Below are positions 1 through 15,200 of a DNA stretch of 64,000 bases, piece by piece; the stretch's first letter is position 1, and each line of letters opens with the position of its first letter. The position numbers were made by a program, and so were the translations under genes. The DNA is from Acanthaster planci (lineage: Eukaryota). Under the pieces are notes generated by a model that ran no database searches, was not told the origin of the DNA, and saw only the letters and a list, made by a program, of their open reading frames with translations. The stretch covers positions 4,599,374-4,663,373 of the forward strand of contig NW_019091355.1 of assembly GCF_001949145.1 (NCBI RefSeq), given 5' to 3'.

Positions 1-2559
1 CAAAGTTAAAGGAATGAGATTTTTTTGGGTCAAACACAGCTCCAAAAGATTTTTTTCAAAGAGACACGCACGCCATCATTCCTGGCCAACCAGGCAGATC
101 CCCAGCATGTCGCCAGTCCGTCACAAGCCTGAATACTCCGGGAGAGTTCACGCGGGGGCCACCGCAGGTCCTCGAGCTACGCAACTATATCACCGCCAAA
201 AACTGTATTAATAAGCAGGCAAAGAGACAACTGTTTTGAATGACGGTATTTTCCAGAATTAATCACCGCGACGCTTTTGAGCGCCGGCAGTGGAGGGGAA
301 CGAACTTCTTTCTACCCTGCTGAATAACGCCATTTTTTCTCTTCTCTCACCGGACCTCAAGCAGCTGTCTCAGAAAGGCCCAATTTCGTGCGGAGTTAGG
401 AAATATTATGAAAGAGCTTGAATAGGAACGACTTTTTCTAGTCCTGCCGGCCCGACAAACTTTTACTGTTTGAATTCTTCAATGGAAATTTGTAAATATT
501 TATAAACAGATTGGCCCTTAGCATGAAAATGGCTTGTACCCATCGTATCCCGCCTGATTTGAGCCCGTAGTGGTTGAACTAATAAACGGTGAACCACTGA
601 CAAATAGGCCTACCCAAAGCAGCCTCGTTTTCTAACACGCAACTTGTTGTCTTATGGTCTAAGATGAATCCGGACCAGTCACTATGGGCATTCGGGGAAT
701 GGCCCAGCCTGAAACACAAGCGAACAAATAACTAATGTCAAGGTTTTGACTGTTGTTCTTAATGTACATACACATTTATCTTAAGGTTTTTGCAGCAGAC
801 TCACTATACAAAAGAAACAATGATTGCTGGATGACAGGATGGCTAAGCTCTTCCGCTGTACCTAATTAATTGATCTGTTAAATTTGCGATGACACCGATG
901 AGCGTTTAAAGGTTGATTTTTGGCTTATGGTTGTAATGGTTCCATTTTCATTATTTGTTCAAGCGACTTGGAGCATGCTTTTTGATGAAAAGGGCGCTTT
1001 ACAAATTTGGTATCATATTATTAAATAATGTTATCCGACAGTGTATTTGGGGATCATACTATTGGCGTTTCAGCACTTTCAAATCCTCTGTCTATTGTCA
1101 CCACTGTCTGTCGTAAATGTCACTCTCTCTTATCTAACACACTGCCAACGGATGATTTTCGAAGACTTCCGGAACAAGACGACATTGTTAAAACATGGCG
1201 CATGAGGTGTTTCCAAAAAGCTGTTAATTTCACCTTTGAGCGGCCAAGGGTAACTGTTGGTATGGACGCTAAGTCTTTCAGCAGTAAACGGTAATCCTAG
1301 CTTCCGGTCATGACTTTGTTTTCTGTCCCCTCCCACCCACACTCTCATAAAAAAAAACCCCACTGCAGATATATGGAGACATTGTTTACCCTTCTCTCTT
1401 TCGTCTGGTTTAATCTGCATAAGTGAATAATTCGTTCCGCACTGTACATTTGCAAACGGTGCGCCATGCGTTACGCTCGTAAACACGTCTCGTGTCTCAT
1501 GTCCAAAATAGGCTTGATCATAAAAAGAAGGGCATTTCAGTTTATTTTTTTTTTAGGTTGATTGAAAAGTTTGTAGTCAACATAAGCATCGAGGGTGCTT
1601 TTGTTTGAGAACTGTGGACCTACTTTTGACTTGAGTCGGGAGAATATCATTAAAAAGCACCAACAATGACCAACACTGGGCCCCATCCAGGTCTCTTGAA
1701 ATAACCTTGACGCCACGTCCACGTGAATTTTTTCAACAGAGACCAAAAGATAGCTTCCACTGAGGGGAAACCATAATGGGGAAGGGAAAAAAGGAGGAGT
1801 GTGCAGAGCAGTTATGTGTGAGAGACGGGCACGCTTGACTGCTCTGGCTGGCGGAGCGGAGCAGACAGACGTCTCCACAGAAACCCGTGCGCCTGCAGCT
1901 TGCCTAAAAGTATGTTTAAAATAAAGAGAAGAAAAAGTACTGTCGAACCTGCCCAGAGTTTACAGTCCCTGAGGTCGTAAATTATTGCACAATGGAACGG
2001 GTTTACAATTGCTGTCTCCCCCCTTCTCCAGATTTTTTTTTTGGGGGGGGGAGGTTGTTGTTTTGGGGGTTTTTTGTGGGTTTTTTTTTGCTCGCAGAAT
2101 TGAGAGCTAGCTGGACACGCATAAATTAACTGAACGGTTGGGCGGGTCAGCTATCCAGTCCCGCGCATCGAGCAATACGGGTAAATGTAAATTAATGATG
2201 GGGGTGTCAATATTTCTACATCCGGGACACTGCCGTCATTGTTTCTATTCCTGTGGGGTCTTTTCCCCCGTTCTTCTTTCGCTTTCTTTTTGTAAGCAAT
2301 GCAAGAGGTCGTTGTGTCTAAATATACCAGTTTTTACATTTACAAGAACGAAACAAAAGCTACGATGCAACGGTCTTGGTTTTGAAGAGTTCTGGAGCGA
2401 TCAAAACGTGTCAGTCCGTTCAAAACGTTTGGTACTTTCAAATTCTGCCTGTTTACCTTTAAAGTACAGGAGGAAATAATGGATTTTTCGGTTTGATCCA
2501 ATGTCAGTTTCTCACCCGTTTTATGAGTGCGCTTTTTGTGGTTCGTTGATTTCTGTTTA

Positions 2560-3020
2560 CTGATTTGTTGGTTGGGCATGCTTTGTTGGTTGTCCTTTTT
2601 GTAGGCCGTGGGCGCATGGTTGCCTGTCTAACTGGTTTACTGGCTGGCAATATGGCTGGCAGGGATATGGTCCGCTATAGCCAGCCAGCCAGAGAGCTGG
2701 CTTAACCTGCAGCTGTGAGCTGGCCAGCACGCCAACTGGCTGTTCAGCGCAATCTTGAAACTTACGAATATTAATCGCACTCAATCCAGAGTTGACTTGC
2801 CTTGAAATAGATTTGCGCAACAGTCAAGATTCCGCTGAACACGGCCATATCTATAAACCCAACCCAACCAGCCAGCCGACCGGCCAACGAACGCGCCAGC
2901 TATGGCAACTACAGCTAGCTGCCCCTGGCTGGCTGACTGGATAGCTGCATGGCTGATTGGTTGCCTTGCATGAAATTTAAGGCTGCTGGCCTGGCGATCT
3001 GGATGGCTGACTAGCTGTCA
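2560..3020. repeat. Degenerate (TGGC/TGGT)n and (GCCA/ACCA)n low-complexity region in both orientations
   Basis: tggctggc, agccagccagcc, aacccaaccagccagccgacc and ctggctggctgactgg tracts. Confidence 0.6.
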
Positions 3021-6000
3021 CGCTGACGGATGTGTTTCGTTGGTCACTTACCAAAGCCCAGTTTCATCCACACAGGCACAAGAATCTAAAAGACACAGAT
3101 GCAATGGTTGCAAAAACTCTTCGAACACTTTTTTCTCCGCACAAATTTAACGCTGAAGAATTTAGTCCAAAGCACAGCCTTCCGTGAACAAAGACTTCTA
3201 ACCACCGTCGCAACAAAATTTAATAGAGGTCATATAAGGGACACAAAAATTAATGTCAACAGTAATCAATCATCGCTCTGGTTGTCATTACAGGTACAAT
3301 TGCACCAAACAAAGGAAGAATATTTCTCTTTAAAAACACCCACAGAACACGAAACTGTTAGCTAGGCCATTTGGATCATTTCAGGAACAGAATTCAACGA
3401 ATCTGAACATAATGGGGCAGCTGACTTCATTTCAGCTCTCCAGTGCTAAATACTTTTATCAAAGAGTCTTTTCCCTCGGTATGCGAAGTTACCTACCGAG
3501 CATGTTCTGCGTGCATACGCATGGTGCGCGACGGTGGGCTGAATGTCCCTCATAATCTTTTAGTTTGCAAAAAGTCAGTTCACGTTTGGCTGCCCCACTT
3601 CAGTTCTCGTCTGTAAGTGTAAAAATGCAACATCGATTAATATTTTCATTAGTATTTGGTAGTTTTAGTGGACTCCTGACTCAGCAACTGCTTGGGATTT
3701 TTTTTTACGTTTTGGGCGTTGTTCTAAAACGGCAAACTAATAGTTTGCCAAAAGCTGATTTGCAAAAACGGAAACTGTGGAATTTGTTGAGGGGAATTCC
3801 TACATGCTTTTATCAAGTTTCTTTTAAGCCAGTTTTATAGATCTGCTTGACTCAACAGATTCGCTAAGCGAAGAACATTATTTGGTGGGTAAAAGCGGGT
3901 TACCAGCAAAGAAAATCATGGCAAGCTCTTCTGACTGATGCCCTGCTTATGTTAGCTAATTAAACTTGCTAATTTGCTAAGCCGGGTGGTTTGATGTTAA
4001 GCCCTTTCAGAAAAGTCCAGGTGACAAGCCAGTCTCTTTGTTCTCTCATGATGGCCCAGAGTTGAAAAAAAGAAAAGAAATAGATAAACAAAAACCCACA
4101 ACTTCCAAATACCTCTTAAAAATCTTCAATAATTGAACTCGTAAAAGACTGGCATTGTATTTTTTTATGCCTGTACTTTGGCTGGTTGCAAAATGTCACA
4201 TCCATCATTGATGGTTGCTCTAATAGCTTGCGCGGTACAGACTTGGCTATGCAGGCGGGAGGTCGGGAGAGTCAACCTTTTTTTCCTTCATCAATGAAAA
4301 AGTCCAAATTCAAATAAAGAAATCACACCATCGACTCAATACTTCATACAAAAAATTCCCGGGTTTCTTTATCAAAAAAGGAGGCACTAAAACCCCTTTT
4401 GTCCTTTCTTGCTCGTCTCTAAAAGTTTTTCCAACGCTTGTCGTTTGTAAAGACTGCCTTTTAGAAGCTGGCTACTTCTTTTGAATTGTAAATATCGTGC
4501 GTGGCAGATTTGAAACCGCGAATTCTTGGATTTAAAGCCATCTATATCCCTGTTGTTTTGCGTGGTAACTTAACCGTGCAGCCGAAGGATTACTGTTATA
4601 TCCCACTGTGAAAACATTTTAAACCTTCTTTCTTTGATTGGACTCCTAGCCAGCCTCTCTGTTGTTGAAACCCCCGTTACGCAAAATGCCCGAGAAGTTA
4701 ATGGTGTACACACGCACACAAGTCGATTGGTAAGCTTGCTCTGCCTCACCTGTTGGCGTGACGTTAACAGAAGTCCACGTGACATTTAAACAAGATCTCT
4801 GCTCGTATGGGACCTTTGTCAAAGTTAATCCATGGGTTACAAAAAAAGATCCAGGTTTGTCTTCAGCACTCTGTTCTTTGGGCATTAATGCGCACAAGAC
4901 CATTTTAAGTTCATAATCCACTTCATACGTTTCAGTTTATCAATGTATTGTTTTGATTTTTACAAATACCTCTCGGGACATTTCGAAAACACGGCATGCC
5001 ATGCTCGGACAGTAGTGTCGAGTTTGTCTACTTGTCATTTTATTTGTTAGAATAACAACTGGGCGCATTGAAACATTGTGGAAAATGCATTTAAAATTGT
5101 TGTAAGTTATAGTGATAGTTAAATTGCCTGTTTTCTGGTTGAAGTGCCAGGCTCACTACTCCCGATAAAGCAACATTAAGTAAAGACAAAAAAACACTCT
5201 TTATTCTCCCAAAAACATCAAGCCAAACAAAAACAGTACACGTTCACTCGTGATTCAACAGAGAGAGGCGCTTATAGGCCTATATGGAAATTCTTCTGCG
5301 TTCGGGTCCAGCGCTTATACTCGGCAATAAATATACCTCGAGCCGATCCAAACTAAGCCGTCAGCGTTTACGAAATGAGACAACTAAAGCAGTGGTATTA
5401 AATTCTACACATTCATTGAGGCCTGTTCAACCGTTCTCAGTGTGGAAACATGTTTCATCTGGTGTTGTAAATACACGGGATTTCCACGGCATGACAGTAA
5501 CGGCGACCACTTCATGCCGGCAATCCTTCGGCTGAGGCGAGGGGGCTTTAGCGAGGGAAAGGCAGGGTCGCTCCGGCGCCAGGTTTCGGTCGGTAAATCT
5601 CTGCCGTTGTTCGATCCCCCTAGTCTAACTGCGCCAGCACTATATGCAACCCCCGTGCGATTAGTTAGTGGCCAATCCGCATCGCGCCCCCAAATCCAGC
5701 ACAAGAGAGAGAGGAAAAATCTTCGTCCCTTTTTATTTGTGCGAGACTCGGGGATATTCCTGACATGGTCTGCTGGGGCTGCGCGGTCATGTCTGGTGAG
5801 CTTTGGAGGGCCCTTCGACAGCGTGGAGCGTTGCATTCTCCATGGAGCTGCCGGTTTCGGGCCTGCAGCGCTGGAAATATTCATATTATCACCAGGTAGG
5901 TTTGCTTTTTCAGTATCCTTTTATGATGACCTGTAGGAGGAGGTTCAAATTATCCCCGCCTCCCTTGTGGTAATAGTAGCTTTTCTTGACTTCGTGTGGC

Positions 6001-9000
6001 TTTCTGCCTCCTGTTGTAGGACGGATCTTCCTAGTTTTATCAAGATGCTCGCAGAATGTAGTCAATTCTGCTGGATGCTGCGACGAATAGAAAAAAAAAA
6101 AACTTGTGCAGTGATGGCTGTTTAGATACTCAATCCATATACTAGAGGTGTTGGCCCTGCTTGGACAGGCAGGAAACGTATAGCTGGAACTTATGAGCCG
6201 TTAATCCATGCGTCTCAAAGAGCTCTGAACATTTTACCACAGGGACCGCAACTTTCAATTAAGCAGTCACTTCCTTCTCGATTTCACCCTTGAGTATCAA
6301 ACAGTTCACTTTCTTTGGATGAGAAATGTCTTTATTATAGTTCAGGGATTGACATCCTGAAGGGTTGTTTCACTGGCGTGACTTCCTCCTGCTTTGGAAG
6401 AACCGTTGTCCGCTACCAGGCTTACCATGTTCCAGCTATATCCGCGGCGATGCTGGTACAGCGCGGGCCACACCAGTCATTTTGATTCGTTCTTTGAGCC
6501 GAGAGAAGAGTGAGAAGGATACACCCACCAACATCCTTCTCCCCCATACCTCCTCCTCCATTGGTCAGTGTCTGCTCTGGCCTTCAGGGGAGGTCATTCG
6601 TTGACAAGGGCCCACAGAGTCGTGTACGCTTTCGCGGAAGCATGCGTGTCTCTTGCTCAAGACATAAACTACGGTACTTTTGAACGTTCAACGAGCAGTG
6701 CGCAACGGTGCGCTTGTAGCCTGTACACGGGCGCCGCGCCATCTACCAAAACTGCCCCCAGATATAGATCGCTGTAAACCTCACTCCATCTGCAGCCGAT
6801 TTTGGGACTTAAGTCAGCAGAACGATTGGATCACATAGCCGATGTCCATGAGCATAAATTCCCCTCGTTCAGATGTGGACGAGCCGATACAGGGTGATTT
6901 GTGGCCAATTCAGAAGCAGTAAATAAAAAGGGGGAACTGAACTACTGAGGCCAAGACTATTGAGATTTACCAAAATGTTTGAGAAAGATGTGATTGTTTA
7001 CCTTCTGCCTTTTGAAATTAAACTGGACAAAACGCACTACTGTCTTTTGAACCGGCGGCACAAACGCCATTTAAGGTTATTTGTTTTTTATTGACTTGAA
7101 ACAATTTACTGCGCCCAATACTTTGAAATAGGATGAAGCTTTCAAGTTTATTTTTATCTGTCTCTATTTTTCCATAAGTTGTTTGATGTGCCAAGCGTAG
7201 CCACAGATTTATTAATCATGTGTCTTATAAGGTCTCTACTCGAAATGCAATTGTTAAGAAAATCAGTGGCATTTAGCTGGATAAATTCACTATTCATAGG
7301 CCCAGGAATTTGGTGAAAGTCGGTTTGATAAGGGAACTGATGAAGTCACTGTGCGCCACATTAGACACCTTAACTGACGCAGTTCAACTGACTGTTCTTC
7401 GACTTTCTCAAACTTTCCGCGGGTTGAAATATCTGTATCGGGCCACTGGTTTGCGGTTAACTTTTTACCTACAAGTGCCCGTAAGTTTACATAATTTCCA
7501 TGCAGTGCCCGGATGAGAATGTAAACACGGCACAATCGTAACCTCCAGCACAACCAAGAGCGCATACGTCAGATCGAACAGTCAGAAAAGTTTAGTTAGC
7601 AGTAAAAAACAGTTAAGTGAAAAATGGTTTAAGCAAGCAAAAAGAGCTTAATATGATGCCTGGCTGTGTATCATACCAACGTGTCCTTACCGTGGCCAAA
7701 GCAGGGTGATCTATATGCATAATTGGGGTTTTCTTTTCAATGGCATGTCTGTGTGGATTTTAGAGGAATTGTGGAACATAATGTTCTCTTTCCAGGGATG
7801 AGGTTCAAAGTGACGACGGCACGAATACTGGGCATAATGATCTGACATGGCATAGTCAAATAACAGTAATTGTTGTTTTTCAATTTGTTCATATTAAGTC
7901 TACACTATTTTCATCTTGTTTGAGGATCATGTCCAAGTCGGATGTTAGCATCTTCGTTACATTACGCCAATATTTTACGCTTCTGCAATTTCCATTTCTT
8001 CTAATAATGCGCATGTCGACGTATGCAGCGACATTATTTTGGTCGTTTTTATTGGTTGAAAACGACAGCCCACTAATTTGTAAACGGATAATTTCCGCAC
8101 AGTCTGGAGAACAAGAGTGATGGAGGCAAAATATATTCAAATTCCTGAATATAATTACGTTCTTCGAGAGCCATAGTACTCATCATAAGCCCTATAGGAT
8201 GTGCATACTTTCCCCAGATCACAGGGGGCTTAGATGCCAGAAGACCAAAACAGCTTTGACGGTAACTTTTTCTTCTGTCATTCGCAAAGTGAACGCAATG
8301 AATTGGTACTCTTGTGTCTTTTCAAACCCTTAAATCTGATCACAACCCACAGAAACCAAAAGCCTGCTTTTTTTTTCTTCACAAACGCCCGAGGGTACAC
8401 ACGGCCAAAGTTTTAGGCAACTTTATGCTGGCATGTGTGGGCAACTGCAGCATGTTAAGGGAACAGTGGTACAGGAAATAAAGAAAATGTATAGCCTTTT
8501 TGTTTTCGGAGGCAAACATCAAACCAGAGCAGAAAACATAGTGGATTCAAATTAACTGATGGTTAAATTAACGTTTTGGTGGAAATATTACATACTTCCT
8601 TTGTTGTCGAGAGAAACACAATAGTTCACCTGGTACCCGCAACTGTAGTCATGTATGGTTGTAAACAATTTCAGTCCTAAATACCCCAAACATGATGCCA
8701 GCCGGTTGCATTGTAGGCCTATGTGAATTCTGCCCTAAAGCCGACTTTAATCCTGAACTGTCTTCGTCTTAATCTGGAGTGATACATGACCATCAGTATT
8801 GTTCCATGTGACTGCAGCGTCGTCGACCAAGAGACAAAGTGAATAGACCCAACTAATTAAGGGGAAAAAAACCCCAAAAATATGAGGTCCGGTATAACAG
8901 GGGAAGGTCCAGGATTTTTTTTACTGTGGGGTTTGGGAAACTTTGTTCGTACAAGTTTGGGCTTACCACGTGTAAAGTTGTCGCCGTTGGTTAAGCCATG

Positions 9001-9156
9001 GAATCGCTTTGTTTCGTCCTCACCCTACACAAAGTAAAGACACCAACATGGTTTATGCTTTTAGTGGGTCTTCCAACCTTTAGGCGTAGGGCTTTACAAA
9101 GTATGGCAATAAGCAGGGAGTGATCCCCACCACACCCTTGGATCCAGACCTGCATA

Positions 9157-9367
9157 CGCTCTGAAAATTGTTGGGTCATATTGACCCGGAATTGGGTCCC
9201 ATTCGGCATGACCCTTTTCCGGGTCAAATTATGACCCAGGATGGGTCAAATTATGACCCAGAAAGGGTCAAATATGACCCGAAAGGGGGTCATATTGTAC
9301 ATCGGAAAAGGGTCACGCCGAATGGGATCCAGTTCTGGGTCAATCTGACCCGGAAATTTTTAGAGTG
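9157..9367. mobile_element. Foldback MITE with ~65-bp terminal inverted repeats and internal GGGTCA-n-TGACCC palindromes
   Basis: Left end cgctctgaaaattgttgggtcatattgacccggaattgggtcccattcggcatgacccttttccg matches the reverse complement of the right end, cactctaaaaatttccgggtcagattgacccagaactggatcccattcggcgtgacccttttccg. Confidence 0.8.
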
Positions 9368-12130
9368 ATAATATTCAAAGAATTCAAAATGCACGTGTAC
9401 CATGACATCAGTTTAACCATTCGAACTTCTCCCTTTTGTGCGAAGGTTGCACAGGTTGCATTTCTGTGCGGCAATGGCCAGTCGTTCAGTCCAGACTTCG
9501 AGAACAGTTCCAGTTTATTCCACTTTCGTCACGTCTATTACATGGAAATGTTATTATTTTTTCCTTTTCGGTTAGTGGTTGTGTCCACTGCGGACAGCTA
9601 AGCTTTGATATTAAAAGTGCGCATGTTTTATGCTGTAAATAAGTATCATTCTTCTGCAAAAATGCAAAAAAAAATTCTCACGGATTTCGTACATGTATCA
9701 ACAGAGAAATCATATTTACATTTCCCCCTTTTTCGAGGAGCAAAATAAAAATAAGTAAATAAATAAATATAACTTGCCACACATAACAGCTCAGAGAAAG
9801 CTTCAGAGGTATTCATCTAACCGTTTTGTTGTTGACTGCCCACAAGCGATCCGACAGTCGGGTTTTTAGCGCGACCGGCGGAGGGACATAAGCCCCAATT
9901 ATCGCGTCTGCTGCCCGGCCGGGCCGACGCAGCTAACGGTGTGCGGTGTGCTTTGAGCTGGACCACAGGAGATCTCCGCCGTGTCTAGCACCCTCACCGC
10001 TCACACGGATGCAGACGCTACCGGTACACGGCGAGACCCTCTCTTGCATAATAATAGGGAGTGGTTATCACCCCGCTGAAAATCAGCCTCAAAATAGCGG
10101 TAAACCGTAACGTCCACTGTCATGTTTTGACCACGTATTTGTGGCGTTTTTGTCATCTCGAAAAGAGAGTTTCTCCGACTGGAAGTAAAAAAAAATGGAA
10201 GACTGTCGCCGACAACCCTGATAGCCCGGTGCAAAACATGATGACTTCAGAGTGCATATACGACTAGGTAAGTGAAACGAAGCTACCAGAAGTTGTGTTA
10301 GAGAATTGACGCTTTGGTTTTAGCCCGCTGGAACTGTGTCTATAAAAAAAAATCGCACTCATGTTCTAAAAGTCGGAAGGTCACAATTGTTCAGTGAGGC
10401 TTTTCACGAGAAAATATTTAAAGAATTTTGAGAAATTGCACCATTTTCCCTGACTTAAAAAAACACGCGTGTTGCGAGCATTTCGTTGCCGTCACAGATT
10501 CCATAAGATGAAGAACGTGACGGCAAACACAGCACCAGACGCCATCTTGGGTGTTCACGTCACCACAGCATAGCCTCAAGGACATGTTCACATTGTAACT
10601 GATGTGTTACCCTCTCGATTACAGATCTGATAAAAGGTATATTTTTCCGGAAAATAACTGGCACTTCGCAACGAGGCCTTGACGTAGATTAGGACGGAAG
10701 GTTTCCACCTTTTGCTGAGCATGATAAATGGTCGAAATTGGCGCCTGTGTATCAGCCGACAAACGACCTGCTCGCGAGGCCGGCCGCTTTGCACCGTCGC
10801 ACCTCATGCCGAAAATTTGCCAGTGTTTCCCCGCCTCCATACACACTCCCAAATCCTCCTTGATTGGACTGATTTCTTAATTAACCATGGCAGGGCCATG
10901 GTAAATGGCCCTTGTCGGACAAGAAGAGATTCTGACAATCTTGGGGGGGGGAATCATTAGATTTGCTGAATAAGATTGACGCGTCTGAATGGCGACTCTG
11001 ACAGTAAACTTTTGATGTAAAAAAAGAGCCAGACATTGAATCATCAGTTAACGGAAAACTGATCAAAATGAGAATGATGGATAGCGAATATTATCATAGG
11101 AACTGGTCTCTAATAGTATGGATTTCAATTATGACGATTTTGTCAGCATTTATCTCTATCACTCGTCGGCAAAATGATTTAATTTTGGGATCTAATCTTC
11201 ACTGATGCATGTGTCAAATGTAAACTGAAGCGTCAGGTACCTTCATGTGACATAAAGATCAAGGCATGGTGCACCATCCGTAAGTGGCTTGCCGCCTGGA
11301 ATTTGGTGCACCGGTGCGTGGCTTCGAATCCGCATCGGTTCACGAGGAAAAGAAACCACACCATGTAACTGTTTATACCCAGAATGTCATGTATGAAAAA
11401 TTCAGCTTAATTCCAGTTCCTTGGTAAGAAATTAACTTTCATTTACTGAGGGATAAGGTGTGTGTGTGGGGAGGGGGCCGGGGTTAAACTGCATGCTCAT
11501 GCATTGTGCCCTGAGTGCTGATACTGCACGGTTTATATAACATATTGAGAGCCGCGTATTCCACGTTTGTTCTAGTGTTCATTACAATTAATGATGCAAA
11601 GTAGGAAGTCCAAAATATCTTGCCCTGGACATTTTTTTTGACTTCCCAATCGGAATCGACCACTCCATTTTTGTTTGCAGATGTCTCGTCATATCTTGGT
11701 CCCCAGGGTTTAACAGAAGATCTCAGCACTCGAAGCAGGCACGCGTGTTTCCATATTCCCGAAGCTAAGCTGTCTTTTACAGAAGACGGGTAAAAATAGA
11801 ACGAAAAACCTAATGCCAAGTAAATGAAGTCCAAATCCGTCGATCGTGTGGCCGGAAAAACAAGAAACGTCGTTAATTACAAAAGGGGATATGTGAAGTT
11901 AAGCGTGACCCCGGGCAGTGCAGAGACGAAGCTTAATCCAGGCAAAACACGGGCCGTAACCGCGGCAAAATTTCCCCGCAGTGTCAAGGGGGAAACAAGC
12001 GGTCGGGCTCCCCATCAAGCGTTGTATACCTAAGCCAGCGATGGATGGACCAAGGGACGACGGAGCCCTTGTAGTTTGTCTGCAGGCATGCTAAATTGAC
12101 TTCGGCTCGGTAATCCCCTTTCAATTCAGT

Positions 12131-12131
<1 letters not shown>

Positions 12132-12198
<67 letters not shown>

Positions 12199-12206
12199 GG
12201 AGAGAG
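12132..12206. repeat. (GA)n microsatellite
   Basis: About 60 bp of perfect GA repeats with a degenerate tail. Confidence 0.98.
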
Positions 12207-15200
12207 CGCCCGAAACCTGAGGCCGGTAACTAGCTCAGGCTAATAAGGTGTACATCATCTTACGGTCATATATCAAATTCATATCCGTGCCATTGTACAT
12301 GTAGACGGCAACACACATGCATGGCTGTGTGTTCATTAGCTGTGCGCTCGTGTCCTGCGAGTGTGGTATGACAAGCTGGTCGTGACGACCGCGCCGAGCT
12401 TCCATCGTGCAACTCCCCGTGAAAATGGCCAATTTCTTGGCCATTTGAACCGGTAATCTCCGTTTTGGTGCTTGGCACGCGAGACTCCGCAAAGTCGTGA
12501 GGACTGAAAAGCCTCGTCAAAACTGAGCAAATTTGATCGGATAATTGAGAACAAAATTAATATTCTTTAAGCTGCCCTGTGTGAAGAATTCATTCGGTAC
12601 ATTTGTAAATGGAAACTTGGACCGCCAACGTGGTACAAATCACCCCAAACACGACAAAAAGCCTTACCCGAAACCTTTCACCGTAGTGCTCGCCTCCTCC
12701 ATGATGATCAATATGTAATGTATGGCAAAAACACACCTACTTGTAACTAATCTCGAGGTCCTCACTGTAGTGGAACATGCAGATATAGGCTACGAGACAT
12801 CAAAACAACAACAAGGGGTGAAAATCACCCGGGTGATTTTCAGAATAATGCAACAGAATGCAACCAGAAGGACACTTTGACATGACGCTGAAATCATTTA
12901 AAGATCTATTCAGTTCAAAACTGGAAACGAGACTTTAGAAAATTTCAAAATTGAGCGTAAGAATGAAGCAGAAGAATATCTGCATCCAGCGCTCTACATG
13001 TAGTGCAGGGAGTAAGGCGCTGAAACGAGCTGAAAATCCGAAGTTGCGTTATCAGCCTATTCACAGTCAACAGAGGCTGTTTACGCAGGCCTACATTGGG
13101 TCTCCCTCGACCTTCGACCTCTGACCTTCGTAACACAGAGGCTTTTCTTTAAATCTGTGAACGGATTAGGACCACGATCGTAGCTTTACTCGAGTTGGTC
13201 CCAAAGATCACTTCTTTCTGTATTCTCACCTACCGCATCCTGAAGGATTCTAACGCGGTTATCGTAGGCCACTGCCGTTCTACCAATGTTCTGGGCACTA
13301 TTGATTTCATCAGTTAAAGACATTATTATTTCATGCAAAACAAATTATTTTGTCTCACTTCAAGACGTGATGTCTGCCATCAAATCCAGGACACTTGCTT
13401 GTAAAATTAGATAGATATTTACAACTATATGGGAGATTTGGGTTTTTTAGAATTCGCTCCAAAATGCAGAAGGCTTTAACTTTGGTAACATAAAATACAA
13501 GGCCCTGTTTATTTCCTCTCTGTGTTCCATTGGCACAGAGGTCAGCTTTAAAATTACCGGAGGTACATGTCCACCCATATATCTTTGCAAATTCTGATAA
13601 GCAGTAATTGGAGAAAAATCGCAGTTAAAATTCGACACCTGTAAGCTTACGAGGAGCGAATCCCTTATTCGAGGGGGATTAGGCTAACAATATCCTGTCT
13701 CCTCAACTCCATCAATCCGAACACTGTATTCGGTTACAGTTGAAGTGTCCAGTGTCTCATCCTGCAGAACTGTGTTGCCTCGTTTTTTCTCGCTAACCCG
13801 GGACCACTGTCTTATTCCCCATCCCTAAAAAGTGGTGTCCCTTTCATCCTCCGCTGTAATTACCAGCTATAAATTTACACGGCCAGCCAGACTCGACCAC
13901 ACGGATTCGTGACCCTGCTTAATTAAGAAATATATCTTTTAGAAAAAAAAGATAGCACAGAGCCACATTTCCCGCCCAAAACGGTGCAGATCTCTGACCA
14001 CGTTGCCTGAATTGGAGGGCATTAGAGGAGCAGACGGAGTTCGTAGCCGCTAGCCATTGTGGTGTATTACAAATTTTAAAGAGGGTTTCGAATGTTTACG
14101 GTGCACACATCCCGCGGCGTTGGGTATAATATCGTCGATAGGCCGCACGCAGCGTGGCAAGTGCAAGCTCTTGTTCGCGTTAATGTATATTGGTTTAAGG
14201 TTATTATCTGTTCCGGCGAGATACTGGCGCGGCATCCAAAAAGTGGTCCCTCGTACACTTGAAGAATATGGCGATTCCGGGGCGATGGGTACGCACCACG
14301 AACGCATCCAGTGGCATGCCGGACTTGTATTGCGGGATCTGTTTCTGACGAGCCAGACCCATACACTCGCAGAATAAACTTAAAAATAGGCCGTTTAAAT
14401 TTACCTGTAGATTAGAGGCGACATGTTATGCCCAAAGTGAGTCGTGTCGTTAACTCCTTTTGACGTCATGGGAATTGACTTTCACCTGGCAAGTTTATCA
14501 GCCAGAGATTATCTCAGTCTAAGAACCGTTATAACAATTCGAACAATTTGTAAGCTTTCAAATTTTGGCCCGTTACGTATATAACACCAACTCGCGTACA
14601 GGTCTGTTGGCCTACAAAACTGGCATTAATGGTATTGCCAATAACTTCAGTTCTTTTTCATCTTTCAGGAAATGTCATTGCATAATGCACGCGTGGTTTG
14701 TGTGATTTACACTGTGCAAACATAAGGAAATCAGTCAAAAGGGAACTTTCGCTCAAAACCTTGATAATTAAAACTTAAAACGCAGCTTACTGCCTAATCC
14801 CTACACACTTTTAAAGGATTTTCTCAGATCAGACATTTCACATCACTACATCATGTTTATTCTGTTGGTGATCAAGGCGATTAGTTTAGCATTTGCTCTT
14901 CGTATGTCGTCTCGTGTTTACAATAATGACATCATTATCACAACCGTTGATCGTTGGGGAAAAAATTGGTCCCCCCCCCAAAAAAAACCAGTGTACTCTC
15001 ATAACCTTATAGTTTCCTGTCAATGTAAAAAGAAGGAATGTAAAAAAGAAGCACAGTCTTCAACCTCCACCTCCCCCGTCGATCGCTGCAGGAGTTCATT
15101 GTATCCAGCGTGTCGCATTTGAGACGCGATTATGGGATTGGGGTTCTATGAATACTGATTAAGTCGCCCAAACAGCACTAACGGGCTAATATATACGACG

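Noticed and set aside
5405..5936. Overlapping 159-aa and 164-aa ORFs on opposite strands
   Set aside because: No recognisable domain or splice partners; a GC-rich patch is enough to explain stop-codon depletion.
9157..9367. CRISPR-like or prokaryotic repeat array
   Set aside because: Eukaryotic context, no unique spacers, no cas genes; the long terminal inverted repeats indicate a MITE.
11263..11345. tRNA gene (TTCGAATCC B-box-like motif)
   Set aside because: I could not fold a cloverleaf; at most a decayed tRNA-derived SINE head.
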